Positions 51,456 to 60,826 of a stretch of 64,000 nt of DNA are shown here, piece after piece. How positions within the stretch are numbered: position 1 is the first letter of the stretch; the number at the start of each line of letters is the position of its first letter. The stretch comes from Planctomycetota bacterium (GTDB lineage Bacteria; Planctomycetota; PLA2; JAEUHO01). A program made the position numbers and the translations under genes. Where the stretch lies: NCBI GenBank assembly GCA_965222115.1, contig CBDCTJ010000007.1, positions 2,112,001 to 2,176,000 of the forward strand, written 5' to 3'. A model generated the notes under the pieces. The model had not been told where the DNA came from. It was given only the letters and a program-made list of their open reading frames with translations, and did not search any database.

Positions 51456-53057
51456 CTACTTGCTTTGTGTAGTCGCATGCGACGTACGGCCAAACCGACG
51501 AATACTCCGCTCGCGCCAGAGTCGCGCAACCCGCTGTCGAAGCACCTCAATCGGATTGTGTATATCCGTCAATCGGGCAGCAGTCGTAAAGTCGATTGAC
51601 TCCAGATTGATGGGTGTTGGCCACTCAATGTCCATTTCGCTTGCCCGGTCGCGACTCGATTCGTCTTCAATCGGGCCGTTACTCGCAAATAGCGTCATGG
51701 GAGCGATCGTGGCGCCTCGATCCGGTGCGAAGAGTTGGACATGGGCGAACGATGCCATTGCCGCTGCCAAAATGGCTCGGACGGCGTCGTCGTGGGGCTG
51801 CCCGATTAAGTTGACTGCGAGCAGTCCCTCGGACGTTAGTCGCATCGCCATTCGATGAAAGGCCTGTTCGCTGAACAGATGTGCGGGCAGCAGCTCACCC
51901 CGGTACACATCCAAAACGATGAGCGAGTAGGTGTCGGATGTTCGATTTAAAAATCGCCGACCGTCTTCGATGGTTACAGGAAGGCTCAAGTCAAAGTGTT
52001 TGCGCGCCAGGCTTACAACGTGAGGGTCGATCTCCACGGCCTGCACCTGCCAATCCGCGTCAATGAGCGCGTTTGGAAAGGCGCCGCCACCCAATCCGAT
52101 TACCAAAGCGCGTCCTGGTTCGGGGCGCATCCAGCGCGCGAGTTCAAGTGCATTGCCGGATGCGAGCAAGGCGCCGGGTGGAGGAGGACCGAGTGAAATC
52201 AACGGCGCCGATGTTTGCAGCACACCATCCACGAGCAAGTAGCGCGAGACGTCATCTTCGAGCACTTCGTGACGCCCATAGAAACTGTCCACGCGTTCAA
52301 TGCGTTGCAGTCCGAATGCACCTGACGACGCGTCGCTTGCGTCCGTTGCATCGAGCGTATGGTGGCAACAGAACCAGGTAACACCCGCGAGGCACATGAG
52401 CACAAGCATGACGACACGCATTCGTGTGCGTGTGATGCTGGACGCAATCAGGGCGGTGGCGCCAATCCCCACGACAAGCGACAGCGTGGCTCCGATCAAC
52501 CCCTGTTGCGGAATGAGGTAGAGACCCGCGGCGAGTGCTCCACCCGCACTACCAATCGTTCCCACGGCGTAGGTGGCGCCCGCGGCGCGACCGGATGCAA
52601 TGCCCGTGTCGCTATATGCCTGGACTAGTCGTGGCGACATCATGCCCCACGCAATGAGTGACGGCGCGAGCAGCGCCGACGCAACGAGGCCGAGTGAGGG
52701 TGGATCTGCCGCGTCTGCATTTGCAACGTAGGCCATCGCGGCCGCCATGAACGCGCCGCCAACGGCAAGGCACGTCATGGCAATCATGAGCGAGTGTCTT
52801 GGCTCACGACGACGCGAACTCGGGCGGCCGAGCCAAGCACCGAGCGCGAGTGATGCCAACGAGATGGCCAATACCACAGCCCAGACTTGCAGACCGCTTC
52901 CATAGAGCGGCGCCAGCCAACCTGCCGCCATGATTTCTTGCATGAGTACGGCGGCACCACCAACCGCCGCAAGGAGCAGCGCTGCCACGCGCACAGATCG
53001 GGATCCTGACCCCTGCGGGGCGTTTGCATCGTGCCGGCTCATGGGGCCATTGGACAC
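51456..53057 (-). CDS. Fused membrane domain / spermidine synthase-like methyltransferase
   Basis: N-terminal TM helices (LAPLYGSG, AGATYAVGTIGS), DSFYG, LLVDGVLQT, ALVIGLGGG, VEIDP, DGRRFL, IVLDVY, PAHL. Confidence 0.88.
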   Translation of the reverse strand: MSNGPMSRHDANAPQGSGSRSVRVAALLLAAVGGAAVLMQEIMAAGWLAPLYGSGLQVWAVVLAISLASLALGAWLGRPSSRRREPRHSLMIAMTCLAVGGAFMAAAMAYVANADAADPPSLGLVASALLAPSLIAWGMMSPRLVQAYSDTGIASGRAAGATYAVGTIGSAGGALAAGLYLIPQQGLIGATLSLVVGIGATALIASSITRTRMRVVMLVLMCLAGVTWFCCHHTLDATDASDASSGAFGLQRIERVDSFYGRHEVLEDDVSRYLLVDGVLQTSAPLISLGPPPPGALLASGNALELARWMRPEPGRALVIGLGGGAFPNALIDADWQVQAVEIDPHVVSLARKHFDLSLPVTIEDGRRFLNRTSDTYSLIVLDVYRGELLPAHLFSEQAFHRMAMRLTSEGLLAVNLIGQPHDDAVRAILAAAMASFAHVQLFAPDRGATIAPMTLFASNGPIEDESSRDRASEMDIEWPTPINLESIDFTTAARLTDIHNPIEVLRQRVARLWRERSIRRFGRTSHATTQSK

Positions 53058-53204
53058 GCCTCAACTCGCTGAGTTCACAATTGCGTGCCTAACGCGAAGG
53101 GCGGCGAACAAGGGACTTTCGACGAGGTCGAAGCGCGTAACGCTGTACCCAGTCCGCATACGCTATAGGAGCGCCCGAGACCTGGGGCGAAGTCGGAGTC
53201 CTCT

Positions 53205-54332
53205 ATGCGTATGCCATGTTTCGTCGGGGCGTTTGCTGCGGCGTGTCTACTTTTTGCGTTGCCCGCCACACTGCGTGCCGAAGAGGGTCAGGGGCCCGCC
53301 GATGACAACGCGGTGCTTGCCGATCTCAATCTGGGCGATCATTGGTTTGGTCCCGAGATTTCGCATAAAGACCTCAAGGGCAAAGTAGTGCTCTTTGAAA
53401 TGTGGGGCCACTGACCGGGTTGCAAGGCGATTACGCCGCATTTGGTCAGTTTGGCCAAGCGACTCGAAGGTCGACCCTTCCATCTCATTGCTAGCTTTTG
53501 CCAGCGGGGTGAACGAGACACTACGGTTGCCTACATCAAGTCCAAGGGGCTCGAAGCGAACACGCCCAATTTGACCGTCACGTACCAAGGGCGGCATGCC
53601 GGCATCAAAGGTAATGGGTATGTGCCCTACTACGCGGTATTCGATCACCGCGGCAACCTTGCCCATCATCACATGTGTGGTCAGTGGCACGGTGGCGATG
53701 GACTCAAGATGATCGAGTGGGTGGACAAACTGCTGGAAGATGCGCCTGGTATCTATCTCGGCGACGAGCCCTACGAGAAAATTGCTGCGATTGCGAAGCA
53801 AGTCAGCAAAAAGAAGAGTCTTGCGGGTGCCGTGAAGAAACTCGACAAGGGGATGGCCTCGGAAGACACCGACGCCGAAACCAAGACCGAAATGAAGCGA
53901 TTGTACGACGCGCTCACCGCCTGGCGCGACGGGGCTATGAAGCGCGCCGTAGATGCAATGGCCACCGAGCCGTCCGACGTCGTGGTGCGCCTGACGCAAT
54001 TAAGTAGGGATTTCAAGGGCTCGAGCCTCGGTGCCGATGTGGACGAGCGACTGAGGACCATTAAGGCGAGCAAGGAACTCAAGACATCCATCGCCATTGC
54101 GAAGAAACGTGACAAGATCTTGAAGGGCCTAGCGAAACTCAAGCCCTGCAAGTCGTGCAAGCGCAAGGGCTCTTCCGCGGCGCGAAAGGCGTGTGCCGCG
54201 TGCCGCAAGGAGAACGCAAAGGCTTTCGAGCGCGCTGAGAAGAAGTGGAAGGCGCTCATTGAGGAGGCCGCGGACCTGCCCATCCAAGCCACGCTTGAAA
54301 AGGTACTCCCCCGGATCCAGGGCAAAAAGTAG
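53205..54332 (+). CDS. Exported TlpA/thioredoxin-like selenoprotein (UGA at 53412-53414 read as Sec), 375 aa
   Basis: ORFs 53205-53414 and 53442-54332 are in the same frame; read-through gives DLKGKVVLFEMWGH-U-PGCKAITPHL (UxxC); signal peptide; hairpin at the UGA. Confidence 0.85.
53410..53450 (+). promoter_or_regulatory. Putative bacterial SECIS hairpin
   Basis: ACTGACCGGG..TGC AA GGCG ATTA CGCC GCA TTTGGTCAGT: lower stem includes the UGA, upper stem GGCG/CGCC. Confidence 0.7.
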
Positions 54333-54646
54333 TCGATTTCGGCGATCGTCCGAACGCCCAAACACACTCTGGTGACAATACTACGGCCTACTGTTCGTCG
54401 CGGGGGCGGTATGCCTCTGCTCGTGCGGCCACTCGCGACCACTTAAGAGGAACCGAGGGACCGAGGGAGTTCCTTCATGGCGGTGGGCTGTGCGCAATTC
54501 ATTCGGCGTAAGGACCGATGTAAGCAGTTAGGCCCGGATTCGTTGGCATGAGGCGAACGCTGAACGGGCAAGGTGGCTGAAGAGGCATGAGGGCGATCGG
54601 GCGTGAGCGTGATCTCGCTGCCCGCGAGCCGAAAAAGGAGGACCGC

Positions 54647-55300
54647 GTGCGGTACCTATTGAATACGCGTTTCATGAGCTCATCGATGGCGATCGCGGGC
54701 TTGATGTCTGCTGCGGTCTTGTTTTCCGGCTGTATTTCTCAGTCGTCAGGCCCCGCCACGCGATCCACACCCGCTGGCACCATTGAGTCTTTTAAGAAGG
54801 CCGCCGCTCGCGGCGACCGTCGTGCCGAATGGGACATTCTGAGCCCCAACTTCAAGAAGCGTTTGAGTCGTCAAGCCGGTCGTAACGTGGACTTGGCCGA
54901 CTACATCACGGCGCGCAATGCCCTTCGCAGCGATCCTCAAGTGCGCCTCGCCGAGTCCATGCTCAAGACAGCCAAGGTCCAGCGCACGGAGATGCAGGGC
55001 GAAAACTCGGCCTACCTCACCATTACAGCGGGCCCCCTCGGTGTAAAGAAGACCGCGCGCATTCACATGGTGCGCATGCAGCGATGGGAGCTTCATGTTG
55101 CCGGCGACGACGAGCCCTATTCTGGCATCGTCGGCGATTCATCCTCTACCTACCGACGTAATGCCGATGGCGGCTACACGGTTTCCGGTAGTGGTGGCTT
55201 CAGCGAGACCTTCCGCCGCGACGAGATTCGCGACTTCAAGACCAGCACCAAGTGGTATGTAGACGACCTCGGTGGCATGGAACGACAGTTCATGCAGTAG
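54647..55300 (+). CDS. Hypothetical lipoprotein
   Basis: AAGGAGG RBS before GTG 54647; lipobox-like LFSGC. Confidence 0.8.
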   Translation: MRYLLNTRFMSSSMAIAGLMSAAVLFSGCISQSSGPATRSTPAGTIESFKKAAARGDRRAEWDILSPNFKKRLSRQAGRNVDLADYITARNALRSDPQVRLAESMLKTAKVQRTEMQGENSAYLTITAGPLGVKKTARIHMVRMQRWELHVAGDDEPYSGIVGDSSSTYRRNADGGYTVSGSGGFSETFRRDEIRDFKTSTKWYVDDLGGMERQFMQ

Positions 55301-55351
55301 CGCTCGTGCTACCCGCAGTGGCGTATGATTTCGCGCTAAGCGCGGTGCGTT

Positions 55352-55993
55352 ATGCCACTTGAATCAATCGAGCTACCCATCGACGCGCCGCGGTTTCGCC
55401 GCACGCCGCCGCCCGAAGTCGTGTCGCTTCTCCGCGACGCGGACGAGTTCGTACACAACTTCGTAGAAGATCGACTCGACGACCCCATTGCTGGCTATGT
55501 CCCGTGTGACTTTCAGTTGGCGTATTTCGCGTTGCGGCACGTTGTCGAGCGTCGGTTGATGCTTGGCAGTACATTTTGCGAGTGGGGGAGCGGGCTGGGC
55601 ATTGTTTCCTGCCTGGCGGCTTGTCTCGACTTTGACGCGTCAGGCATCGAGATCGAGGGCGAACTTGTCGAGGCATCGACGGCTTTTGCCCGCGACCACG
55701 AAATCGTCGTTGAGTTGGTTCAAGGGAGCTTTATTCCGCCCGGTTCGGACGACTGCCTCGACGACGTGGGGGACTTTGCGTGGTTGCTTCCCGGTGGCCA
55801 CGACGGTCATGCGCTGCTCGATCTGGACGTGGACGACATCGATGTGGTCTTCGCCTACCCGTGGCCCGGTGAAGAGGACATCGTATTTGATCTCTTCAAT
55901 CATCACGCAGCGCCCGGCGCGCTTCTGCTCACGTACCACGGGATGGATTCGATGCGCCTGCAGCGAAAGCGACGGGCTAAGGGGCGTCGCTAG
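55352..55993 (+). CDS. Class I SAM-dependent methyltransferase
   Basis: YVPCDF, FCEWGSGLG, GIEIE, GSFIP, VFAYPWPGE, LLTYHG. Confidence 0.85.
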   Translation: MPLESIELPIDAPRFRRTPPPEVVSLLRDADEFVHNFVEDRLDDPIAGYVPCDFQLAYFALRHVVERRLMLGSTFCEWGSGLGIVSCLAACLDFDASGIEIEGELVEASTAFARDHEIVVELVQGSFIPPGSDDCLDDVGDFAWLLPGGHDGHALLDLDVDDIDVVFAYPWPGEEDIVFDLFNHHAAPGALLLTYHGMDSMRLQRKRRAKGRR

Positions 55994-57434
55994 TCCGATC
56001 CAGATCGAAGTAGTCGAGAATGAAGGCACGCGGATCGTCGCTCTTGATGCAGCGCACCATGTCGAGCAGACGCTCCAAATCGCGCTTGCGCTTAGCGGCC
56101 GTTTCTTCGGGGCTCACCCGTGTGTGGTCTAGCGGCTCAACGTATCGAAAGCGACCTTCGACGGGCGTGGGTTCAATTACGCCCAGATCGGCAAGCGTAA
56201 TGACGACGTAGTCCATTTGGCCGTGGCTGCCACCCTTGCCAAGGACTTCGAGTCGCAATTCGTCTACGTCAAAGTCTGCGTGCGCATACGTGCGTAACAT
56301 CTCGGCCGTGCGCGTGACAAGATCAACTGGCGGATTCTTCCATTCCACGAAGTTTTGCTGAATGGCGAGATCTTCGCCGGCATAAAGCAGTGTGCAGTCG
56401 GAGGTGAGTCCATCGCGACCCGCGCGGCCAACTTCTTGGTAGTAAGCCTCCACACTGCCCGGCACTTGCGCATGCACAATGAAGCGAATATCGGGCTTGT
56501 CCACGCCCATGCCAAACGCGTTGGTCGCACAGAGTAGCAATCGTTCGTCCGGCGTGGCCTCAATGAACTCGTCATAGATCTTCTTCTTGTGGGACGGATC
56601 GAGCCGGCCGTGATACATCACCACGCGTCGATCAGGGAGTGCCTTACGAATGTCGTGCGCCATACGCTCTAAGTCTTTAATCAGAGCGAAATACACTATG
56701 CCCGTGCCGCCCATGGCGATGGCAATGCGTGCAATTTTGGCCACCTTCTCTTGATCGCCATGGACTTCGCGCATCGAAAGACTCAGATTGGGTCGATCGA
56801 GCCCCTGCGCAAAGAGCGGCATGGCCTCGTCGGTGCGATCCAGGGTGCGTAAGATGTCGGCGCGAACTTCGGCAGTAGCGGTAGCTGTTAGCGCGATGGT
56901 GGGCGGTGAACCCAGCGCATCGCGGTAGCGACCCACGTCCTGGTACGCAGGGCGCAAGTCGTGACCCCATTTTGTGATGCAGTGGGCTTCGTCAATTGCG
57001 AGCAGTTTGATGGCGCGCCCGTCGCGTTTCCGTCGTGACTCGAGCGCCGCCGTGAACTCGGGCTTCCCCATACGCTCGGGCGTGGCATAGAGAATCTCAA
57101 ACGCGCCCTCGGCCACTTGCTGGTAACGCTTCTCGCGCTTGGCCTTGCTCAGTGTGCTGTTGATGTAGGCGGCGTCCACGCCCTTGCGCCGAAGCGCCGA
57201 CACTTGGTCTTCCATTAGTGCGATGAGCGGACTGAACACCAGCGTGAGTCCCGGGCCCGGCAGCGCGAGCGCCGGGAGTTGATAGCAAAGGCTCTTGCCC
57301 GAGCCCGTGGGCATGACGACAAGTGCGTCACCGCCGCTCATAACCCGTTCTATGATCTTGGCTTGAAGCGGACGTAGCGCTTCCAGTCCAAAACGGGATT
57401 CCAATACCCGTTGGACGTCGGACGATGTTGGCAC
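55977..57434 (-). CDS. recQ: RecQ family ATP-dependent DNA helicase (short form)
   Basis: MPTGSGKSLCYQLP, SPLIALMEDQV, DEAHCITKWGHDLRP, ALTATA, ATNAFGMGVDKPDIR, YYQEVGRAGRDG. Confidence 0.93.
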   Translation of the reverse strand: MPTSSDVQRVLESRFGLEALRPLQAKIIERVMSGGDALVVMPTGSGKSLCYQLPALALPGPGLTLVFSPLIALMEDQVSALRRKGVDAAYINSTLSKAKREKRYQQVAEGAFEILYATPERMGKPEFTAALESRRKRDGRAIKLLAIDEAHCITKWGHDLRPAYQDVGRYRDALGSPPTIALTATATAEVRADILRTLDRTDEAMPLFAQGLDRPNLSLSMREVHGDQEKVAKIARIAIAMGGTGIVYFALIKDLERMAHDIRKALPDRRVVMYHGRLDPSHKKKIYDEFIEATPDERLLLCATNAFGMGVDKPDIRFIVHAQVPGSVEAYYQEVGRAGRDGLTSDCTLLYAGEDLAIQQNFVEWKNPPVDLVTRTAEMLRTYAHADFDVDELRLEVLGKGGSHGQMDYVVITLADLGVIEPTPVEGRFRYVEPLDHTRVSPEETAAKRKRDLERLLDMVRCIKSDDPRAFILDYFDLDRTSDAP

Positions 57435-57442
57435 GTTGGACG

Positions 57443-58639
57443 CTATTTCGTTGCTGTTGAAGCGGCCGCGGAGGAGGCCTGTTTGCCTTGTTCCGGTGCC
57501 ACGGCAACGCCGTCTTTGGTCAACCCAAGTTTGTCGAAGGACTTTAGAATCTTGGTTCGCGCGCGCGCCCACTTGAGCCGCAACAGTGATCCGTATTTGG
57601 CGTACGCTTTGGCCTCGAAGGAACGGGCCTCCAGGCGAGCGTCTCGCATGCGTTCTAACAGGTCGGCGGTGTCGCTCACGACAGACGCGTCGCCTTTCCA
57701 CGTACTCAGCGCATTGCGAATGCGGTTCTCTTCCGCCGCCTGCAAGGTGGCCACGATGGCTCGCAGGGATAACATTTGGAACTGAAGCGTTTCACGCTGC
57801 TGTTCCATATGCTCTTGATTGCCCGCGTGAAGCTGTGTCAACTTGTCTTCAATGGCGGCCTGCTCGATCTCCCACTCGATTCGCGCCGCCTCGCGGCGTT
57901 CGATCTCTGCCTGTACGTAGTGTGCAAGTCGCCAGTAGTAATCGATTTCGTGTTTCCACACTGGGCGCCCATGGCGCAAACGACGATCGAAGTCGTGTTC
58001 GAGATTCCTCAACTCGTGATGACCAGCCGGCAGGCCCGTGTGAGGATTGTGGCGTCGTACTCCTTTGGACCCGAGTCCGAGCGGGCTCGTAACTTTTACG
58101 CGCACGGTTTCGTACTGATTCATCGCGCCACCGAGTTCGGTGTAGAGCGCGGCAATCTCGCGAACGGCCCGCGTCCAGTGCTTGGGCGCTAGGTGGATCC
58201 AGCTTGTGTGGGTCGTGGGTCGCAGCCAGCGATCGGCACTCTTGAACCACTCGACACGGCGGGTCATGCGACGTGCACGGGGCTTCAAAATGGAGCGCCA
58301 CGCATCCACCGCAGCCCGGTCGTATTTGCCGCGGGACGGTGCCTTCTGATGAAGAGCCAACTGGCCGCGAAACGCGGCAAACAACGCACGCAAATCGACA
58401 GGTCCCTGGGGTTGTGTTGGTGCGTCGGACTTGGCGGGATTTTGGCCTTCGCCGGGCTCCGCTTCACGTGGCGCTTCGGCCTCGCTCGGATCGCCGGGCG
58501 ATTTGGGTGCCGGAGCGGGGGCCCCAGGGGCTTCGTCCTCCCCGAACGCGCAATTTGAGATGTTTGGGAGGCTCAAAGCAAGTGAAATGAGCGCTATGCG
58601 GGCGAGGAGGGACGCCCAACTACGAGTTGCAACTACCAT
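57443..58639 (-). CDS. Secreted coiled-coil hypothetical protein
   Basis: Signal peptide, Pro/Ala-rich linker and helical body; 398 aa. Confidence 0.75.
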   Translation of the reverse strand: MVVATRSWASLLARIALISLALSLPNISNCAFGEDEAPGAPAPAPKSPGDPSEAEAPREAEPGEGQNPAKSDAPTQPQGPVDLRALFAAFRGQLALHQKAPSRGKYDRAAVDAWRSILKPRARRMTRRVEWFKSADRWLRPTTHTSWIHLAPKHWTRAVREIAALYTELGGAMNQYETVRVKVTSPLGLGSKGVRRHNPHTGLPAGHHELRNLEHDFDRRLRHGRPVWKHEIDYYWRLAHYVQAEIERREAARIEWEIEQAAIEDKLTQLHAGNQEHMEQQRETLQFQMLSLRAIVATLQAAEENRIRNALSTWKGDASVVSDTADLLERMRDARLEARSFEAKAYAKYGSLLRLKWARARTKILKSFDKLGLTKDGVAVAPEQGKQASSAAASTATK

Positions 58640-58984
58640 TTTGAAATCTCACAAGAATCGGACCACGGAACCGGGAACCCGAGATCAAGCCGAACTTTCA
58701 CGGAGATTCTGAGTCTAACGTAGTCGGTGGATTCTTCGGAGCGCACGAGCCAACCCCGCCTGTCTTGGTAGGCTGCCTTCGGCAAATTCGCCTCCAAATC
58801 GCGAATTTTCCCGCCTTGGCGAAGATCGCATGGGCATGAGCGCGTCGGGAATTTCCAGGCGCAGCAAGGGAGCTGAGGAATGAGTACCTGTAGCAATTCG
58901 ATGAGCCGTTCGACGTGCGGATCGCCCGGGCGACCTTCACGCTCCGATGCGCATTCGCCCACGGTGTCGAGGGTGAACACGCCA

Positions 58985-60709
58985 ATGAGGCCGGGTCTCG
59001 GGAAGCGTGTGCTTCCGAGCCTTACTGTCTTGGCCCTCGCCTTGCTTCCTTTCGCGGGGCTTGGCGGCACCGCACAGGCCGCGGAGAAACCCGGAAAGTT
59101 TCACAAGGTCGATCGCTGGGGTTTCAAAATTCGCGCGCCGAAGGGCTGGACGAAGGCCGTCATGTCGGCGCAAGAAAAGTGGATTGCCGCCAAGTTCATT
59201 GGCAAGAAGGGTCTTCAGCCCAAAGGCAAGAACGAGTTTTATGTAAACGAAAAGCCCGACATGTGGGTGATTGCCTTTCCTGCCGACCGCGAACGGCTCC
59301 GCACGGCCAAGCGCGACAAGAAGACGAAGCGCGTCAAGATCGACGATCCCTATCGCGACTACAAAGATTTCCTCAAGCGCGAAAAGTGGGCCGCGTCCGG
59401 TGGATTCTATTTTTCAAAGGAAGAAGAAACCACCGTCAAGGGCATCAAAGTTTCAGTCTACGAAGTCAAGGTCGAGAAGAGCGTGAACGCACCTAAGCGC
59501 CTCATAGCCTGGATGTTTCACTTTCCTACGGTCGAGTTCGCGATTCAGTTTCGTGTACTCGAAGATCATGTGGATGACTACCGAAGCACCTTTGAGGCCT
59601 GCTTTCGATCCATCGCCGTGACAGGGCCTGCCAAAGCGCTTGCCGTTACCACCGGTAAGGCCATTGAAGACGAAGGCAAGTCCGAAGATGACATGACGCC
59701 TGAGGAGCGCCGTCGGCACCGCGCCGAAGAAGTCAATCGTCTCTTGCGTAGCGAGATCGCGGCCCTTGAAAAGCCGTGGTACAGCATGGAGTCTGAGCAC
59801 TATGTAGCGTTGACCAATACGGACAAAAAGTTCGTCAAACGCACACTGGACCATGCCGAGGCCCTGCGGAAGTATCTCGACGAGACGTTCCCCGATCTCG
59901 GAAGCGACTTTGTTCCCCGCGGCGTCCTGCGTATTTTCAACTCTCGCGACGAGGAGCGCGCGTTTCAATCCGGTACGGCAAGCGTGTGGGCGGCCAAGGT
60001 CGAACAAGTACTCGTCAGTAAAGCAGTTGGCGAAGAAAAGGATTGGGAACACGAGTACATGGGCAGGCGCATTACGCGCCAGTGGATCAGTTTTCGAAAC
60101 AAGGAACTCTATAGGCTCATGCCCTATTGGATCCGTCAGGGTCTTGTTCAGCACATGGCATTCGCCAAACCCAAGGGCCGACGCATTGCGTTCAAGCCCG
60201 ATCCATACGACGCCGACAGCCTGCGCAAGCTCATCAAGGGTGAGAAGTCGATCCCGTTGGTGAAACTGCTTACGGGTGACGATGACGCGTTCAAAGAACA
60301 CGCGCACAATCTCCAAGCGGGTTCGGTCGTGGGTTGGATGTTGGGCAAAGGCAACCGCGGGAAACTCAAGGGTGCCGTTGAGAAGTATCTTGTCCAACTC
60401 GTTGGCATCGTGGACGAAGAGACGGAAGCCTTTGAAAAGAAGCAGAAGGAACGCAAAGCGATTCTGTTAGGCAAGCGCGAGAAAAAGGAAGGCGAAGAAG
60501 GCGGCGATGATGCCGAAGAAGAAGGTCTTTCCGACGAAGAGGAAGAGCGGCTGGGCGAAGAGTTTGAGCGCATGTGGAAAGAGTTCTCGGACGCGCTCAA
60601 GGAGCGCTCAAAGTCGATCCGAAAACGCGCGTTTGAAGCCGCATTTGGTCAGCTAAAGGACCGCGACTGGAAGAAGTTGGACAACGCATGGAAGAAGTTT
60701 GCCGGCTAG
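58985..60709 (+). CDS. Secreted protein with a degenerate DUF1570/gluzincin-like domain
   Basis: Signal peptide ending AQA; ESEHY...LRIFNSRDE...MPYWIRQGL...QAGSVV layout but no HExxH; acidic C-terminal tract. Confidence 0.7.
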   Translation: MRPGLGKRVLPSLTVLALALLPFAGLGGTAQAAEKPGKFHKVDRWGFKIRAPKGWTKAVMSAQEKWIAAKFIGKKGLQPKGKNEFYVNEKPDMWVIAFPADRERLRTAKRDKKTKRVKIDDPYRDYKDFLKREKWAASGGFYFSKEEETTVKGIKVSVYEVKVEKSVNAPKRLIAWMFHFPTVEFAIQFRVLEDHVDDYRSTFEACFRSIAVTGPAKALAVTTGKAIEDEGKSEDDMTPEERRRHRAEEVNRLLRSEIAALEKPWYSMESEHYVALTNTDKKFVKRTLDHAEALRKYLDETFPDLGSDFVPRGVLRIFNSRDEERAFQSGTASVWAAKVEQVLVSKAVGEEKDWEHEYMGRRITRQWISFRNKELYRLMPYWIRQGLVQHMAFAKPKGRRIAFKPDPYDADSLRKLIKGEKSIPLVKLLTGDDDAFKEHAHNLQAGSVVGWMLGKGNRGKLKGAVEKYLVQLVGIVDEETEAFEKKQKERKAILLGKREKKEGEEGGDDAEEEGLSDEEEERLGEEFERMWKEFSDALKERSKSIRKRAFEAAFGQLKDRDWKKLDNAWKKFAG

Positions 60710-60826
60710 TAGCCCGCAAGGGCGCGCCTCGGTTGACGTGCCGCCACGTGGTAATCGTAGCGATGCTAAAGACCGTGACGCTATAGACGGTGATGCCAAA
60801 GACAAGCGAGTTCAGGGAGAAACAGC

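Noticed and set aside
53205-53414. Short ORF or pseudogene interpretation of the TlpA-like gene
   Set aside because: The only interruption is a TGA at the catalytic Cys position with a SECIS-like hairpin, so Sec recoding explains it better.
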